From NCBI GenBank assembly GCA_051530055.1, contig CM121343.1, positions 1,396,389-1,460,388 of the forward strand: a stretch of DNA of 64,000 nt, in the 5' to 3' direction. This DNA is from Neoechinorhynchus agilis (lineage: Eukaryota; Animalia; Acanthocephala). Below the pieces are notes generated by a model. That model did no database searches. It was not told where the DNA came from and saw nothing but the letters and a program-made list of their open reading frames with translations. Shown here one piece after another: positions 26,861 to 40,449 of this stretch. Each line of letters starts with the position of its first letter. Position 1 is the first letter of the stretch. Made by a program: the position numbers and the translations under genes.

Positions 26861-29800
26861 TTAGACAGCTGTATGTTTTTTGTGTGTCTTTTGTTCTCCT
26901 TCAGATTCGCATGGCCGTTGAAGTGACCTCTCTTCGCTTCTGTATGGTCTCAAGCGTGCTCGTGGACTACCTCGCCAATTTGAGGTAGACTGTCTTTTTG
27001 TTGAGCAATCACGCTTGGATTGAGATGTGATCGAAACTGCCATTCCAAGTTGTCCATAGGCATTGGTACCAGGGTAGTGAGTTCTATTTCTACTGGAGTT
27101 TACGATGCCTCCCAATTCACCACCAATGAAGGTTTCTGGATATCCGGGATCATCTTTTTTTCTCCTGGTAGTGGGAACTACGTTGATGACTTCGCACACA
27201 GACGCAGATGCTCGCCGCCTTCGGTAAGTATGATCATCATCATCATCATCATCCATTCTAGCATGAGTTGAACCGAGTCCATATGCGTTATCATCCGACT
27301 TCTTTCCATTCGTGGGATTAAGATCAACGGTCTGAAGCGAACTTATGCAACCATAAGCAAATCTGTGCCGATTGTCGCTGATCATCTTTTCTCTCAATTT
27401 TTGCCGCCAAAGAAGTTCCCTTTCGCTATAGCTAGCAAGCCTGAAGACAACAGCTGATGATCCATTGCCGTATAAAGCAGCACTTTGCTGCACTTGTTCA
27501 TTAGAAGACACGGGGGCGAATATTACGCTCGTATCTATTACAACGGGAACGGAGCCATCTGCAGGCATAACAGAGCGATCGTAGGCTTTAGCTGTGTAAG
27601 CGGCATCAATTGCAGTTTTACTGGTAGAACGTCCATAGTCCGTATGTTCCTGAGATCGCTTATTGGCATAGATGTTAGGTCTTTTAGTTAACAATGTGAT
27701 TATAGCCGAACCATCATTGGATTCTGCTGAGCACAGATTCACATTAGCAGCAGCGAGAGAAGCCGCGAATCTCTTAAAGTCTTTGCGAAATGGCAAGATG
27801 TTGATATTCTTGACCAGAGTATATATGAGACACCATCGAAAACGTAACCTTCTTTTAGACAGCGATAAAATTCGTTCATGGGAATTGGCCTGGTCCATGG
27901 GTCCTCTTGATTTGAGGATTTTATTCCACACAATGTTACAGAACGCAATGACTACAGGATGAGTATGAGCCACTTCGGTGTGCAGAAAAGCGACGTACGT
28001 GCTGAAACCAGTATCCAGTCGCTCTAGAGGTCTTCCCACGAAGCTGTAGTCCAGTCGAGAGATAAACAAGACATTAATGATGATTGCTCGTGTGAGACGC
28101 GCAAAGCATGCTACGACTCCTAGAAAGCAATCAAAGAAAAAGTTAAAGTACACAAAACATGCATGAATGCGTCGATTTTTGAGGGCGATGTGATTCTGTA
28201 CTTCAGAGATTTTACACGGCGAAGACGAACCCTCCTAGTGCTTCACTCGTAAGAAACCTCTGGTTTAGACCTTGAGTAAATGTAACTCTTGTCGCTGATC
28301 GAACTAAAAGCAACTTAAGAATGTAAATTACGACGATTGGTGTAATGAACGTCATGACTATTTCGAACAATGGCACTCTTTGGCTCAAAGTGACTGAGAT
28401 TGTGGATGCAATAATGAGGAGAGTGTGAAAAAGAATCACAAATCCCCAGGCAGTGTAGCCAATAACAAATCCACTGTAGTGCACGCTCTGAGCTACAATT
28501 TTGTTAGGCTTGAGGTATCTAGCTGATGGAATATCCTCAAACACGGCTTTAAACATCATGAGTTTATTGCTCCTATATTGTTTTATACTGTTCACCAACT
28601 GAACCGAGAATACGATCAGAGTAATTATTCCACTAATTATGGCATGTTTGTGGAATGACCGTTCAGAATCCAATTTTATATTTAGAATGTGTTTAAAATA
28701 GAACGAAAGCACCATTCCATGCTGCTGTTCTGCGAATCTACTGATCGCATCGCTTCCGACGACAGTGGCATCTGATGCGGCTCTACGAACGCTCTCGGAA
28801 TTCCTGACAAAACTAAAAACCAAAGAGCAGCATAGGTAATAAATGAACACGAACGTTGTCACATAGGTGCAAATTGCAATTGTTGAGTAACGGAATTCAT
28901 CGTTCCAGTCGTATATTCGATCAATAAAGCGTCTTAAACACGATCTCGATGAATTCATGATTAAATGTTGGTTGATATATATAGCTTTTCTGCCAGATAA
29001 TAGCCGCTTAACGTATCGGTCATTTATTTCTCCATCGTCTGAATCTGTATCGATTATTCGCGCCTGATAATCACTTTCCGGTCTCTCAGAAAACCCTGTT
29101 TCATATAACTCGAATCGAGCGCATGGCTTACAAATCAATTTCTCAGTACAGACATAACATCCCATCAGCCGATTGTACAATCGTCTTGCTTGCCACCTCA
29201 ACCACATCAGTGTATTATGTTTCGCAAAAAGACCACAGCAAATACTGGGCAACACATCCATATCATCGTTTTTCCTTGTGGAAAAGACTTGTTTGTATAA
29301 AGACCAAGCACTTACCAATCTTACTAGCAATTGTGCCGTGATAAAGCTTATGAATATGAAATGTGGAATATTTTTAAGCAAACCGTATGTGAGATACCAA
29401 TGACCGAGCTGCATTCTCATTTTGGCTTCAGTCAGCAGTTTTGCTGTCGATACGATCAAAGGATTGCTTAATGATGGAGAGTGAGATACAGAACTCAACA
29501 TAAGTTCGTCAACTGGAGTAAATCCCATGCAAAAACCTTCCTTTACCACAATGTGACACACATCGACCACCATATACAAGAGACCAATAACGGCGCAAAT
29601 ACATGCCGTTTTGACTATTCGCTTCCTCTGGCGATGTTGTGTCAGTGCTCTACGTTTGGACAACTCGTTATTGAGAAGATGCGTACAGACTAGAATAGGG
29701 TAATATCTCATGCCAATAAGGAAAACGAATCCTATCTTTATTGCCAGATCCGCCATAATAGTAAAGGCTGCGATTTCCGTAGAGGATGCGGGAATCTCCT

Positions 29801-30345
29801 CGTCGTTGTTCATCAAACTTTGATATGAAGAGTTAAAAATTTGAGGGCTTATACCGTCTTTATACAGAAGGGATGCTGTATCGATAATCGATGATTGTTG
29901 GTTATCCATTGGCCCATATGCTATTGTTCCTTTGAATAAGAGTACTTCAAATACCTTCAGAACTTCGCATGCCAATATTCCAAATATCACGACTGTCGAC
30001 GAACGATTAGTCATTTGAAATGGATTCATTGGCAATGGAAACCAAAAACTCTTTCGTCTGTACCATTTATTGCGACCGTGCTCCGAGTTTTCATCGCTGC
30101 AATACATCAGTATGGTGAATGCTAACAGCGCAAAAACCGATACGGGAAAAGCAATTAGGTTTTCATGAGCCAAATGAGTCATTACTTGGCACTGTCGCAA
30201 TATACCCATTGCTGACATTATTTTTTCTTGAAATTCAACATAACTTGAAAATGGAGGTTGATATATGGACGACTGTATGCCCACGGTTACACCAAGAGAT
30301 ATAAGAGTCAATATTATTGTCAGCATATACGCCACTAATGTTCAT
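26861..30345 (-). CDS. STRA6: STRA6-like multi-pass membrane protein (retinol-binding-protein receptor family)
   Basis: ORFs 28212-30335 and 26861-28153 joined by a probable 46-nt intron (28201-28246). Family-like motifs RYYPIL, YRSNKLMMFKA, HYSGFVIGYTAWGF, LKNRRIHACFVYFNFF, LDTGFSTYVAFL, RFRWCLIYTLVKN. Start codon uncertain (30345 with an extra intron, or 30326). Confidence 0.85.
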
Positions 30346-30594
30346 ATCATGTTTCGATAACGATCTTCAGGATTCTAGATAATCGCTCATAAATGATTTT
30401 CGCCTTTAAATTCACTCATATAACCGCAGTAACATTATGCATATAAGGAGGAATCGTCGGTGGAAAATCCGTTTGTAGACCCCAATTCTCACATAAGGAA
30501 TTTTAAAAATGATTAGTAATACGCTGTTGTTAAAAACTGTCTTAATGAATGCTGCGCCAATTAAAATTAGCCGATCACATTTATCAGTTTAAAG

Positions 30595-30712
30595 TATCTT
30601 AAACGGCTGAATTTAAGCACAACGCCCACGGATTTTGGTAAGGGAAGCGCTAGTCTCCATACGGTAACGAGTTTATACATTCCTTTGGATCCTCAGATAC
30701 CTCCGGCACTGT
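30595..30712 (-). mobile_element. Eroded fragment of the tRNA-like SINE family
   Basis: CCATACGGTAACGAGTTTATACATTCCTTTGGATCCTCAGATACCTCCGG matches 52434-52485. Confidence 0.5.
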
Positions 30713-30795
30713 GCCCAAATTTAGACGTGAAGGATAACTTCATTCATACGCTGAATTTCAGCAAAAATCAGAATATGTAATCTTCTACATACTAC

Positions 30796-32036
30796 CTATA
30801 AATTTAGCAAGTTTACGAAATGAACATTGGTGGCAAACGTGGTGATTTTTTTCCATTTTCGAATGGATCTCCGTTCTTCTTCAAGTCTGGACGCAATCTT
30901 CGTTGGCTTGGTGCTAACATTTGAGTATTTTGTGGGAGAAGTGCTCTCATATTCCATATCATGTTGCCTTCTCGGTTTCAAGATTCCCTGGCATAAAGCG
31001 ACAATTGCTTTAAGCACCTTTTTGAACTTATTGGAGTGTGCCAAAGTGACGAAAAAGATGATGACTCCGCTGATAAGAACTTGAATTCCCCTTCTTGTAA
31101 CGTGATCGCAAAATTTCCCACCATATAAAAAATTGCATTCGCATTGTATTCCACTTACCATCCTGACGATATTGGATTTATCAACGCATTTTCCATGATC
31201 GCCACACAGTGCCGCATGTATTGAGCAGAGATCCGTTGCATACTGGCAAACGAACTGAGCGTCGGACAATGCGTTTTCCGGCGTTGATGAAAAGCAGTTT
31301 CTAAGCTCACTGAGTCGACAATCGCCCTCGGCGGGAATAAGTTCACTATATGCCATTGCGTAAGAGTAGTTCATGATTAGACAGTGAGTTGGTTCGTTAA
31401 TGTCACTAGAGATCGAATTTAGACTGACATGGGTGCAGTAGTGCTCATTGAGCATTCTATATCGACTTCTAGAAGGAGATAACTCTTGGATTGGCGACTT
31501 AAAGTCCTTAGATTTTAGCATTCGATTTCAATGATTCTCCCAATCAATAGATCGTCTGGGACGTGAAGAACCACTGGCATACAGGAAGACACGTTTTTCT
31601 TGGTAAGAAACTTCGCAATTTTTTCGACGTCTTCAAAATCGCCTATCTGTGCAACGGACACCCTTGCAATTGCGTCACTTTCCATCTTTCCACACAGAAC
31701 AGCTTCCCGTTGACATCGAGCAGAGATTTGATCAGCTAGCGAATCCTGTTTGCTAAACACAGAAACTAAAGTATAACATGACTTTCCCACTCTTAGCCAT
31801 CCATTCGGACATAAAAACCGATTCACCGTATTGTTGAACTTATCCAATATAACGCTCGTCTTAGATGCGCCCCTTTCAATCATATCAATTGCAAAATATT
31901 CGAGAGCATCCAACCATTCTCCACTGCCACCAGTTAAAGTCTCTGACTTCATCGCTTTTGAGGTATACGAATGAAAAAAGATCATCGCTAACACCATTCG
32001 CAACGCAAGCATTGGGAAGATATACAAATGATTCAA
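30796..32036 (-). CDS. Single-pass membrane protein with C-type-lectin-like and EGF-like domains; exon junction unresolved
   Basis: Signal peptide, CPNGWLRVGKSCY (CTLD start), CGDHGKC..CECNFLYGGKFC (EGF), hydrophobic VLISGVIIFFVTL. The two ORFs (31515-32036, 30796-31521) are in different frames and no clean short intron was found. Confidence 0.65.
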
Positions 32037-32755
32037 TTACCTGCAGTATTTAAGCCGGAATCGCGTAAAAATCTCAAATAATCCGTCGATTCCCGTCCGA
32101 ATTTGTTATATTCCAGCTTCCCAGGGCAATAATTGCGTAATTTAGCCATTACTTCTGTTTTCTTTCGGAATTATTGCGCGCTTTTAAACATTAAAATCAA
32201 TTTTTATCGTTTTAATAAATTGTGAAAGAATCAATTCAGCGCTGCTGTTATCCTCACGCGTTGTTTATGGATATATTTTGTTTGGTGCTGTAGAGATTGA
32301 TTTATTGATTCCATTTGGAAATATTTCGTTCGTCTCGTCATACGTCTTCAGGTTGCTTGTTAATTTTCTAATGAACTAACAAGCTGAATTATGGACATTT
32401 AAAATTAGCAGTGTAGTAAGCCTAAAAGAAACAAGATTGATCCGCAACGGAAGGTTGTCGCTAACCGCCTACCCTTTTGGATTCGTTGATGGAACTGGAG
32501 AATGTGGTGAAATCGCTCGATTTAGGCCACTCTGCTGCTTTTAACATCAATCATTTGAATCGCCCATGTATTCCAGCGTAACCAAGACGGTTCGATTTGA
32601 AAGCGCCAGACAATGTTTAGTGGCCGCGGTCGACCAAAAAGATATCAATCAATGGATTTTCTTCAAAGGCCACAAAAGCACTGGAACTATTCAAGGTTCA
32701 AAATATCGATCGTATCACGGTTTTAGCCGCCTTCTGAATATAAAAGCAATTAACA

Positions 32756-34619
32756 GCGATGGATATAAGGATTACCCTAAAAACAAATCAAAAATCGATT
32801 CATTGAGATTTGCGATAGCTTGCTAGAATCTAACCCGAATTCAGTCATCGCGCCCCATTGTACATGCGCATACAATAACTCAGGATTTCTTGTTGCTTCG
32901 TATCTTATTGAAAAGACGAAAATGAAGCTGAGAAGTGCAATAACGGAATATCAGCGATATCGTGCCCCGGGAATTCAATCGCCCCCGTTTATTCACGGCT
33001 TGAGATTACGGTACTCAAGTTGGCGAACAGGAGTGTTATTGAAACGCAAAATAGATGTCAAAGATGTGACAATTACCGAGAACACGAAATGGCAGTGAGT
33101 ATTGAAACGAGAACAAATTACGGATCGAGGCAGAAAGCAAATGACGAAAGCTTGGAAACCGATATCATTGACATTGATAGAAAGAAGATCGCTGGTGGAC
33201 GAAAGCGTTGTATAGGTGATTCAGGCGAGCAAAGGATACCGTCAAAGAGACGAGTTTCACAATCGTCTACTTGCGACTCAACTAGTTAAAAGCGAGTCAA
33301 AAGACCTCAAATCCAGAAAGAGATCAAAGAATAATATATCCTCTTGTAAAAGATCGTCTCAAGTGGCACAAATAACGGAATCAACAAGCCAAGAACAGAG
33401 TCCATCTACAAAAAGGGTTGCAGTCAGCGCGGAGCAAGCAGTTTTCAGGCCACAAAGGAAAGTCGCTGAACTACCAACAAAAACAAACCCTTCAATTCTT
33501 GATAGTTCGCTTGAAGACGCAAGCCAACCAACAGGTCTGTCACAGGGCTTCTCGGTAGATGTTCCTTACATCTATCGACTGAGATACGACACCGACCAAA
33601 GAAAAATCGACGAAATTCAGCAAAACATTACAGAACTTTGTCCAGTTAATCATGGAGGAGGATTCATCGGTAGCCAGCAGGTATCAATGACAGTTAATAA
33701 TGTTGAAACATTGTGGCAATTAAGTTATCGAGAAAGCTACAAGGCCGACGGAACCCGGTACTTGCTTTTTATTCGAGAGTAAAACGAAATTTATATTATC
33801 GACAGGCGCAATTCAATCTTCAGAGTTACCAATCTTACGTTTGTGACGAACCGTGGCACCACAGATCATCTTCGTCAGACTTTGCTTGATTGAGAGATGG
33901 TGGAAAATATCGAGGTTGGTACACGGATTCCTCGATTCCTTATATTTTACGTCTTGGCATTCAACAGGCATTCTACAGGTAAGGAACTGAATTAGGAAAA
34001 ACGATCGGAACTCATTTGGAGGGAGATTATGCAGCCTCGTTATCGTGCTATTATCGAATACGGAACTATAGACCGAAGTCGAGAGCCTTTTCGGATTAAA
34101 AAGAAGGATTTTTACGACCTCATGTTCACTAAACAAATTTTTAATGGGATGTTTCAAAATGAGATAACCCATCAAGAAGACGGTCTTATATTTCAGCCCG
34201 TTGATATGTCGTATATTTTTGGTACCTTTGACAAGCTGCTAAAATATTAACCTCCACCATTCAATTCGGTCGATTTCAAATTGGTCATTCCTCGACACGT
34301 GATGGAAAAGCGAAAAATAGGATCTAGCGGGCTGCTGTATGTGAGAAATTACCAAGAGCCGTTTGTACGGATTCGACTCACGGATGAATTGTTTCGATGC
34401 TAAGAAAAGATAATTGAATGCGTTGTTGCCGGAGGTGAATGGAAGATGGTTCGGGTTAGAACTGATAATGACATCCCTAATGCTTTTCAAACTGCAATTC
34501 CGATCAAGGAAAGTATTGAAATATCCGTGGCGCAAGATTTACTTTTGAATACCATTGCAAAGGTCAACCGTAGATTGTTTTATATAAAGAGTTTAGAAGA
34601 CTACAACAAGATCGACTAG
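32756..34619 (+). pseudogene. RNGTT: mRNA capping enzyme (RNA triphosphatase + guanylyltransferase) pseudogene, copy A, 5'-truncated
   Basis: HCxxxYNxSGFLVASYLIEK (DSP), GFIGSQQVSM, KADGTRY (motif I, 33741), HQEDGLIFQP, PPPFNSVDFKL, KIIEC..W..VRVRTD..PNAF. In-frame stops in conserved motifs (LD*EM, KY*PP). Confidence 0.88.
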
Positions 34620-35666
34620 GAAGTTGCAAAACGCTTCAAGGAGATGGGCATCTATTTTTCAGTCAGCGACTTCCTTCAGGGATGCTAAGTTTGAAATCGC
34701 GGATGGAGCGAGCTATTCGACTAAAAAATAATTTGTTAACTGCCGGCGCTTTCAATAAAGCATCGATTAGTAAATTTCAATTTTGTTTGGGTGTTTGTTT
34801 CTTTTTATAGTGATAATCACATAAACTTATCTTATCTTTTCTAAAAATCGAAAAACTTCATAAAAAATAAAATCGAAAAATCCAAAACTTGAGATCAAAA
34901 ATATGAACGATACTTGAATCATAAAACTTCGAATAAAATCCATGGTTTAGGTTTTAAATCGTAGAATAAACGGAAAATAATTCAATACAACGCTGAGCGG
35001 TTTCAGTTGTGACGCAAAACATTTTTCAAGCGAGGCAATCGAATTGCATTTAGTCTCAGGGAGCAACAATTTCAAGAGGGTACGCCAATGAAAAACCATC
35101 CAGAAATTTTTATATTTCATTTGCAGGTACGATTGAAAATATCCGTTTTTACTGAAGCCAAGGGATAAACAAAATGGCGAAGTAAAAAAATAAAATATTT
35201 TTTGTCAAGATATAATGCGAGGAGAAGCAACCTCATTACATGAAATCGACCAATATCGTCAACGATAAATCGGAAAAAACTGCTGAATCATTGGATCAGA
35301 AGCAAGTCGTTAACGCTGCCCGAAAGCGCGGGAAATGTGTCTTTGAATGTGAAGCCAAGTAATCATTTTCCAAAAAAAACCAGCGAATCAGCATAATCAT
35401 CGCAAAGTGACAAAAGCGGCAATGCCATTGGAATCGACCATTTTACTTTAGGAAATTGCGCACTAGACTTGATTAGGATTTCAGGATATGGAATTTAGAC
35501 TGGATTCTTCGAATTTTCCGAGAAATAATATCAAAAGAAATGATAGCGCAAGAAGTACAAGCATCAAAAATCGATGAAGTCTAGAAAAGATGATAAATTA
35601 CGTGGCTAACGGTAAATATAAATACTTAATTGAACCTGTGTACGCAAAGTCAAAAAATGCAATTTA

Positions 35667-36690
35667 GAGTTCCATGGAATCAAAATAATAAGTTATTCAA
35701 TCGAATGGCGCAAGTTTTGTAAGCTAAAACAGAAAATTATATCGAAATAAAGAGTAATGCGATTTTTATGTTTGGAGTGTTAAAGAATCATAATTAAGAC
35801 CAATAAAAATGTAGATGATTCTTTTCAATTGGGTTTCAAGTTATAAATGCAATAAATGATACATTATTTTGATCTTTTCACTATCCTTCGTTTGAACGTC
35901 GAACATCGAATGTATTTCTAGTTTTAAGGACAGGATGCATCACCGCTTAAACCTTTTTTTAATCCGTCAAGTACATTTCTAATAACTATTCGAAAATGCA
36001 TCCAATCACCGTCGGACAGTTTGTAGCAATTTAAGAAAGCCGGAATTAAAAGTTTATTTTTTTGGGGAAGGACGAATGTATTTGCTAGGCTGCATTATTT
36101 CTGCGGTTATAGAGTATCTTAATAAGAAGAGTTAAGTGGAATAAGATAAGACGGCAGCATTGATCAGCGTTGCTCAGCTACTCAAATGTTCGGAAATTCC
36201 CTCTTTAGAATAAATACATAACTTATTTTTGTTTATAATCAATCCTCCGTTCCAAAAGCCTTTAACTCACAGGGTCCCATTTCGTAAATATTGGAGTCCA
36301 TAATAAATGATAATCAAAAGTACCACAAAGAAAGTCATTATAATAGGCATAATCGTTGTAAACCTATAGCAATAATCATAAATTTTTTTGGAATTTTTGC
36401 AGTTTCGCTTATCGTTTCCTTCAGCTACATTCAATGTTGTATTGTTGGACATTTTACTTTTGCGTCTTCGATACTTAACACAAAGCTTTTTAATTCGTCT
36501 CTTAGCAACGAGGATTTCATTGACGATTTTGAAAGTTGGCAATGCCATTCAAAGTTCCATGGAATCAAAATAATAAGTTATTAAATCGAATGGCGCAAGT
36601 TTCTTAAAGCTAAAACAGGAAATTGTATCGAAGTAAAGATAAATGCGATTTTTATGTTTGAAGTGTTAAAGAATCATAATTAAAATCAAT
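35667..36690 (+). repeat. Pair of ~135-bp diverged direct repeats (35667-35800 and 36551-36690)
   Basis: AGTTCCATGGAATCAAAATAATAAGTTATT.AATCGAATGGCGCAAGTTT...GATTTTTATGTTTG.AGTGTTAAAGAATCATAATTAA present twice, ~885 bp apart. Confidence 0.8.
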
Positions 36691-36959
36691 TCCGCCGTGA
36701 GCATTTCTAACGAACGCCAGTCGCACGACGAAATAACAGATAAATGTTTCATCAACAGATCGTTCAGGAGCATTTGTCTTTACTCCTTTAGAAACCTGAA
36801 CTTTACTGTTGGAAACACTCGTGTTGAATAAGTTGTACGCTTCAAGGTAACAAGGCATTTTTTATTTTATTAAAAATACAATTAACCTTTTTTGTCTTAG
36901 CTCTCAAAGTGCTGAAAACAAGAAAAACTGCTTTAATTCCAAAACAAGAACCAATGACA

Positions 36960-38290
36960 CAACTATGAAGATTTATGTCAATCTTTCGAAACGTATTTTT
37001 GATACTAATGAAATCAGCTTATTAAACGAGGGACTGAATTTCATTCCGGATAACTTTCAAAACAATATAAAATCAGATGTGATGTTGAAGAGATAGTGAC
37101 TACGACACCCACAAAAGCATTAAAATCAATCGCAGACTATGATAAGAAAGCATCGAATATCAATGAGGTGAACCAGAGATGGAGAGCACAATGTTGTCGA
37201 TGTTCAACCAATTCAACAAAATTTCAAACCTAAATGACAAACGACAACTCCTAAATTTGCCGGGATCTCGTGGTACCCCTCAACTCGCTTCAGCTGTCCG
37301 TGGGACTGGTGGAAAGCGCCGTTAAAGTCCTTTAGAAAGGCGACCTACAGCAGCTTTCTGCCTTACGGAAAAGTGATCGTGCTCGTAAACCAATAAAACT
37401 TTGCGCATTGCTATGCGGCCTACAGGGTGCCTTTGGTACTTGATTTCGTTGAAATTGCTAAGCCTTGTCCGATGTACCGTTGGTTAGTTTCTGACTTTCG
37501 GTCACCAAACATGGAGCTATTAGCAAATGACTCCGATTTTCGCGTTTACATCGATCTCCTTTGTGCGTATTCGATCATGATCGCAAATCGAACGTTGCAT
37601 TCAAATATTCGTTCTGGAAAATCCGTATAACGATGATAACAACAGAATTTACGCAGCGGATAAGGGAAAGATGCTGGTTTCCCACGCTCTCTTGTTACTT
37701 GGTAATATTAAATTCACATGGCTAAAAAAAGGAATCCAACTATATCTCCTGACAGACAATTTAACGCCTTCTTGAAAAAAAAACGATTGCGGGATGACAA
37801 ATTATGTAATAGATCAACAAACGGCAAAAATACTTTTTCATACGTCTTTCCAAAGGTTCATCAAACAAAACTCAACTTTCATCTGATTAAAAGCATCCAA
37901 CTTGTAATTTACCCACTCGATGGCAAAGGACATTAATCGCTTGCTTAGCTTAAACGTGGACGAATATGAACATAACATTAAAGATGGTACTACTTTTGCC
38001 AAGTAAATTCACCGACAGACTATGAAAGGACTAAGAGTTCATGCCGTTGATGTGGTGTCTTTATTCACGAACGTCTCAAATGTAGAATCTGTCAATTTGG
38101 ATGCTAATATGTTGGTTAATTTATTCACGAGACGTTCAAAAAATTTCGACGATTGGACCCAGGTAATATTGTGGTATACAACGACGACGATTCTCCAATT
38201 CGAAGATTCCAAATCTGTCTTTGTTGTTCATGCGAAATTGGGAAAAGATATTAAAAGCTGGCTTCCTGGACTCAAGAAATATTGACGGCG
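36960..38290 (+). mobile_element. Decayed Penelope-like element N-terminal/RT remnant
   Basis: FDTNEISLLNEGLNFIP, ADKG and AVDVVSLFTNV motifs in broken frames. Confidence 0.6.
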
Positions 38291-38759
38291 TTCGATACGC
38301 AATGAATCGACGAATTTAGTTAATAAGTTAACATTGTAGAACAAGTTTAAGGGTGTTAATAACTCGAATAAAAGTGTGGTCGGTAGCGTACATCACTTTC
38401 TTTACACTAAAGAAATTCAAAGTGTAATGCTTTCGCTTTCCTGTGTAAATTCTTTTTACATTGAACATTTGCTAATTTTGGTGTGCTTCAAACAGATTGT
38501 TTGAATTGTTAAAAATATATTATGTTGGTTTTAAAAAAATTCCACTTAAAAGAATAACCGCCCAAACTAGCCATTTGTAGACCATTTTATAATTTAAATT
38601 GAGAAATGAAGTTGCAGGTAATCGACACCCGCGTGGCACTATTAAATCATAACATCCGGCGACGAAGGTTATAATAAACGAGTACCAATGATTGTAGCAG
38701 TGCGGATGAACCAACAACGCCTATCGAAAATCACACCGGGAACGCCGAAAGGAAAAGAG

Positions 38760-39000
38760 CAAGCGTTAAAATGAAGAGATGATAATACGATGCTAAGGTG
38801 CATCATAAACGTGAAAGGTGAAAAAAGAGCACAGGTGCTGAGAACGATTTGGAAGAAGCTCGGTGAACCAAGGTTGAAGGATATACCAACCATCAGAGCG
38901 TTTAGTGGAACGAATATCGATACCTTAGAGGATGTCCAGGTCACATTTGGTCGACCAATGATATACCTTAAAGTAATTGTTATCATTGTAATGGAGCGAT
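38760..39000 (+). mobile_element. Probable Gypsy aspartic-protease remnant
   Basis: TIWKKLGEPRL..TIRAFSGTNI..L..VQV resembles the retropepsin region of this Gypsy group; catalytic DTG not preserved. Confidence 0.4.
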
Positions 39001-39429
39001 AATATTTGGTTTACCGTAGGTGCTAGCGTTCGACTTTAAGATTCCAGAAGCTCGTGCACAATATTCAAGAAGACGATGTGGACGCCTGGGCAGTACAAAC
39101 CATGATTTCTAAGAATTTTCTAACACCATTCGATGGCACCGTCGGAGCAATTAAGGATTTCTAGGCTAGCCGTGCGCAATAGAATATGAACAAAAAAGTT
39201 CTATTTGCTTTATGAAGCGCTAGAATAAGAATTAGAAAGATTAGTCAGCAATGGAATACTTGCCACAGTATAGGTGGTGAAGGAAGATATAAAATGAGCG
39301 ACTTCGATAATGATTGTACGGAAAGATCATGGATGTAAGGATTTCAGAGTCACACTAAACAAGTGCCTCATATTGGACTTTCTCCAGATTCCAACGTTTA
39401 AAGAAGTAATACAGAATCTGGCCAATGCG

Positions 39430-40430
39430 AAATGGTACAGCAGACTAGTAGAACACTGACGATGGCCACCCTGATGAGACATTTCAGGTACAAGAGATTA
39501 GCATTGGGAACATCCGCCGCCCGAATATTTTCCAGACGTATATTAACGGCGTGCTTAAATTACTTTATAGGCACGGAGACAAAGGAGGACATTTCATACT
39601 TGAAGAATGTGTACCATCGGTTGGAGATTTTTAGATGCCCTGCAACTCTAATTTTATTACAAAAGAGACATCCACGCTCGGACGAAAATACCGCCTTGCC
39701 CTTTAACTCAAAAACTCCGCCTGAAACGAATACTTTGATCTCTATTGATGAGATGAAACGGAGCGTTTCCTCCTTTTCTAACGGATCCGGGCATGGTTTA
39801 GGTGGTCTACGTCCTCAACAGCCGGAACTGGAGCTATCTCTCGAAAATTCACTGATCAAACTTATCGATCGATTCACAATGGGCGGTCTCAGTAAAGTTT
39901 GTCAGCAGCTCTTTTTCTCACCTTCCTTGCTTTATCAAAAAATGATGGAGGTGTTCGACCCATTGCAATAGGCTGTGCACTTCGTAGACTCGCAGCTAAA
40001 GTTCTATGTAAACGAATCACAGACAAGGTAGGCGTACAACTTCGACCTGCACAACTTGGTTGCTGTACCTCGTGTGGTACCGAGCCGATCGTTCATGCTC
40101 TTCGTAATTATATTGAAAATTCGACCTCGCCAAGTGTTGTGCTTAAACTCGACTTCAAAAACGCTTTCAACTCATTGAATCGATGTGCCCTCCTTAATAG
40201 TATAATCGAAAACGTACCGGAGATTTTCCCGTACTTTCAAACAGCTTACGGCTCAAAGAAGCTTCTAATATATGAGAATAATATAATATGGTCGGAGTCC
40301 GGAGTTCAGAAGGGAGACCCCCTGGGCCCCATCGGTTTCTCAGTCGCAGTTAATCACGTTGCTAAATCTTCCTCACCTACGGTTATCCCGTATTTTGCAA
40401 ACTTCAAAATCGCTAATCCGCCGTCTTGAA
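39430..40430 (+). mobile_element. Non-LTR retrotransposon RT fragment, restriction-like-endonuclease group (CRE/HERO/NeSL-like)
   Basis: SGHGLGGLRPQ, KNDGGVRPIAIGCALRRLAAK, QLGC, KLDFKNAFNSL, GVQKGDPLGP; frameshifted and truncated before YLDD. Confidence 0.8.
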
Positions 40431-40449
40431 ATTCTTCATAAAAGAGCAT

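Noticed and set aside
32756-34619. Viral (e.g. large DNA virus) capping enzyme
   Set aside because: Domain order and motifs follow the metazoan bifunctional DSP-GTase enzyme, and no viral genes flank it.
35860-35990. Rhodanese/MOCS3-like C-terminal remnant on the minus strand
   Set aside because: Resemblance is limited to a few residues in a broken frame; not supportable.
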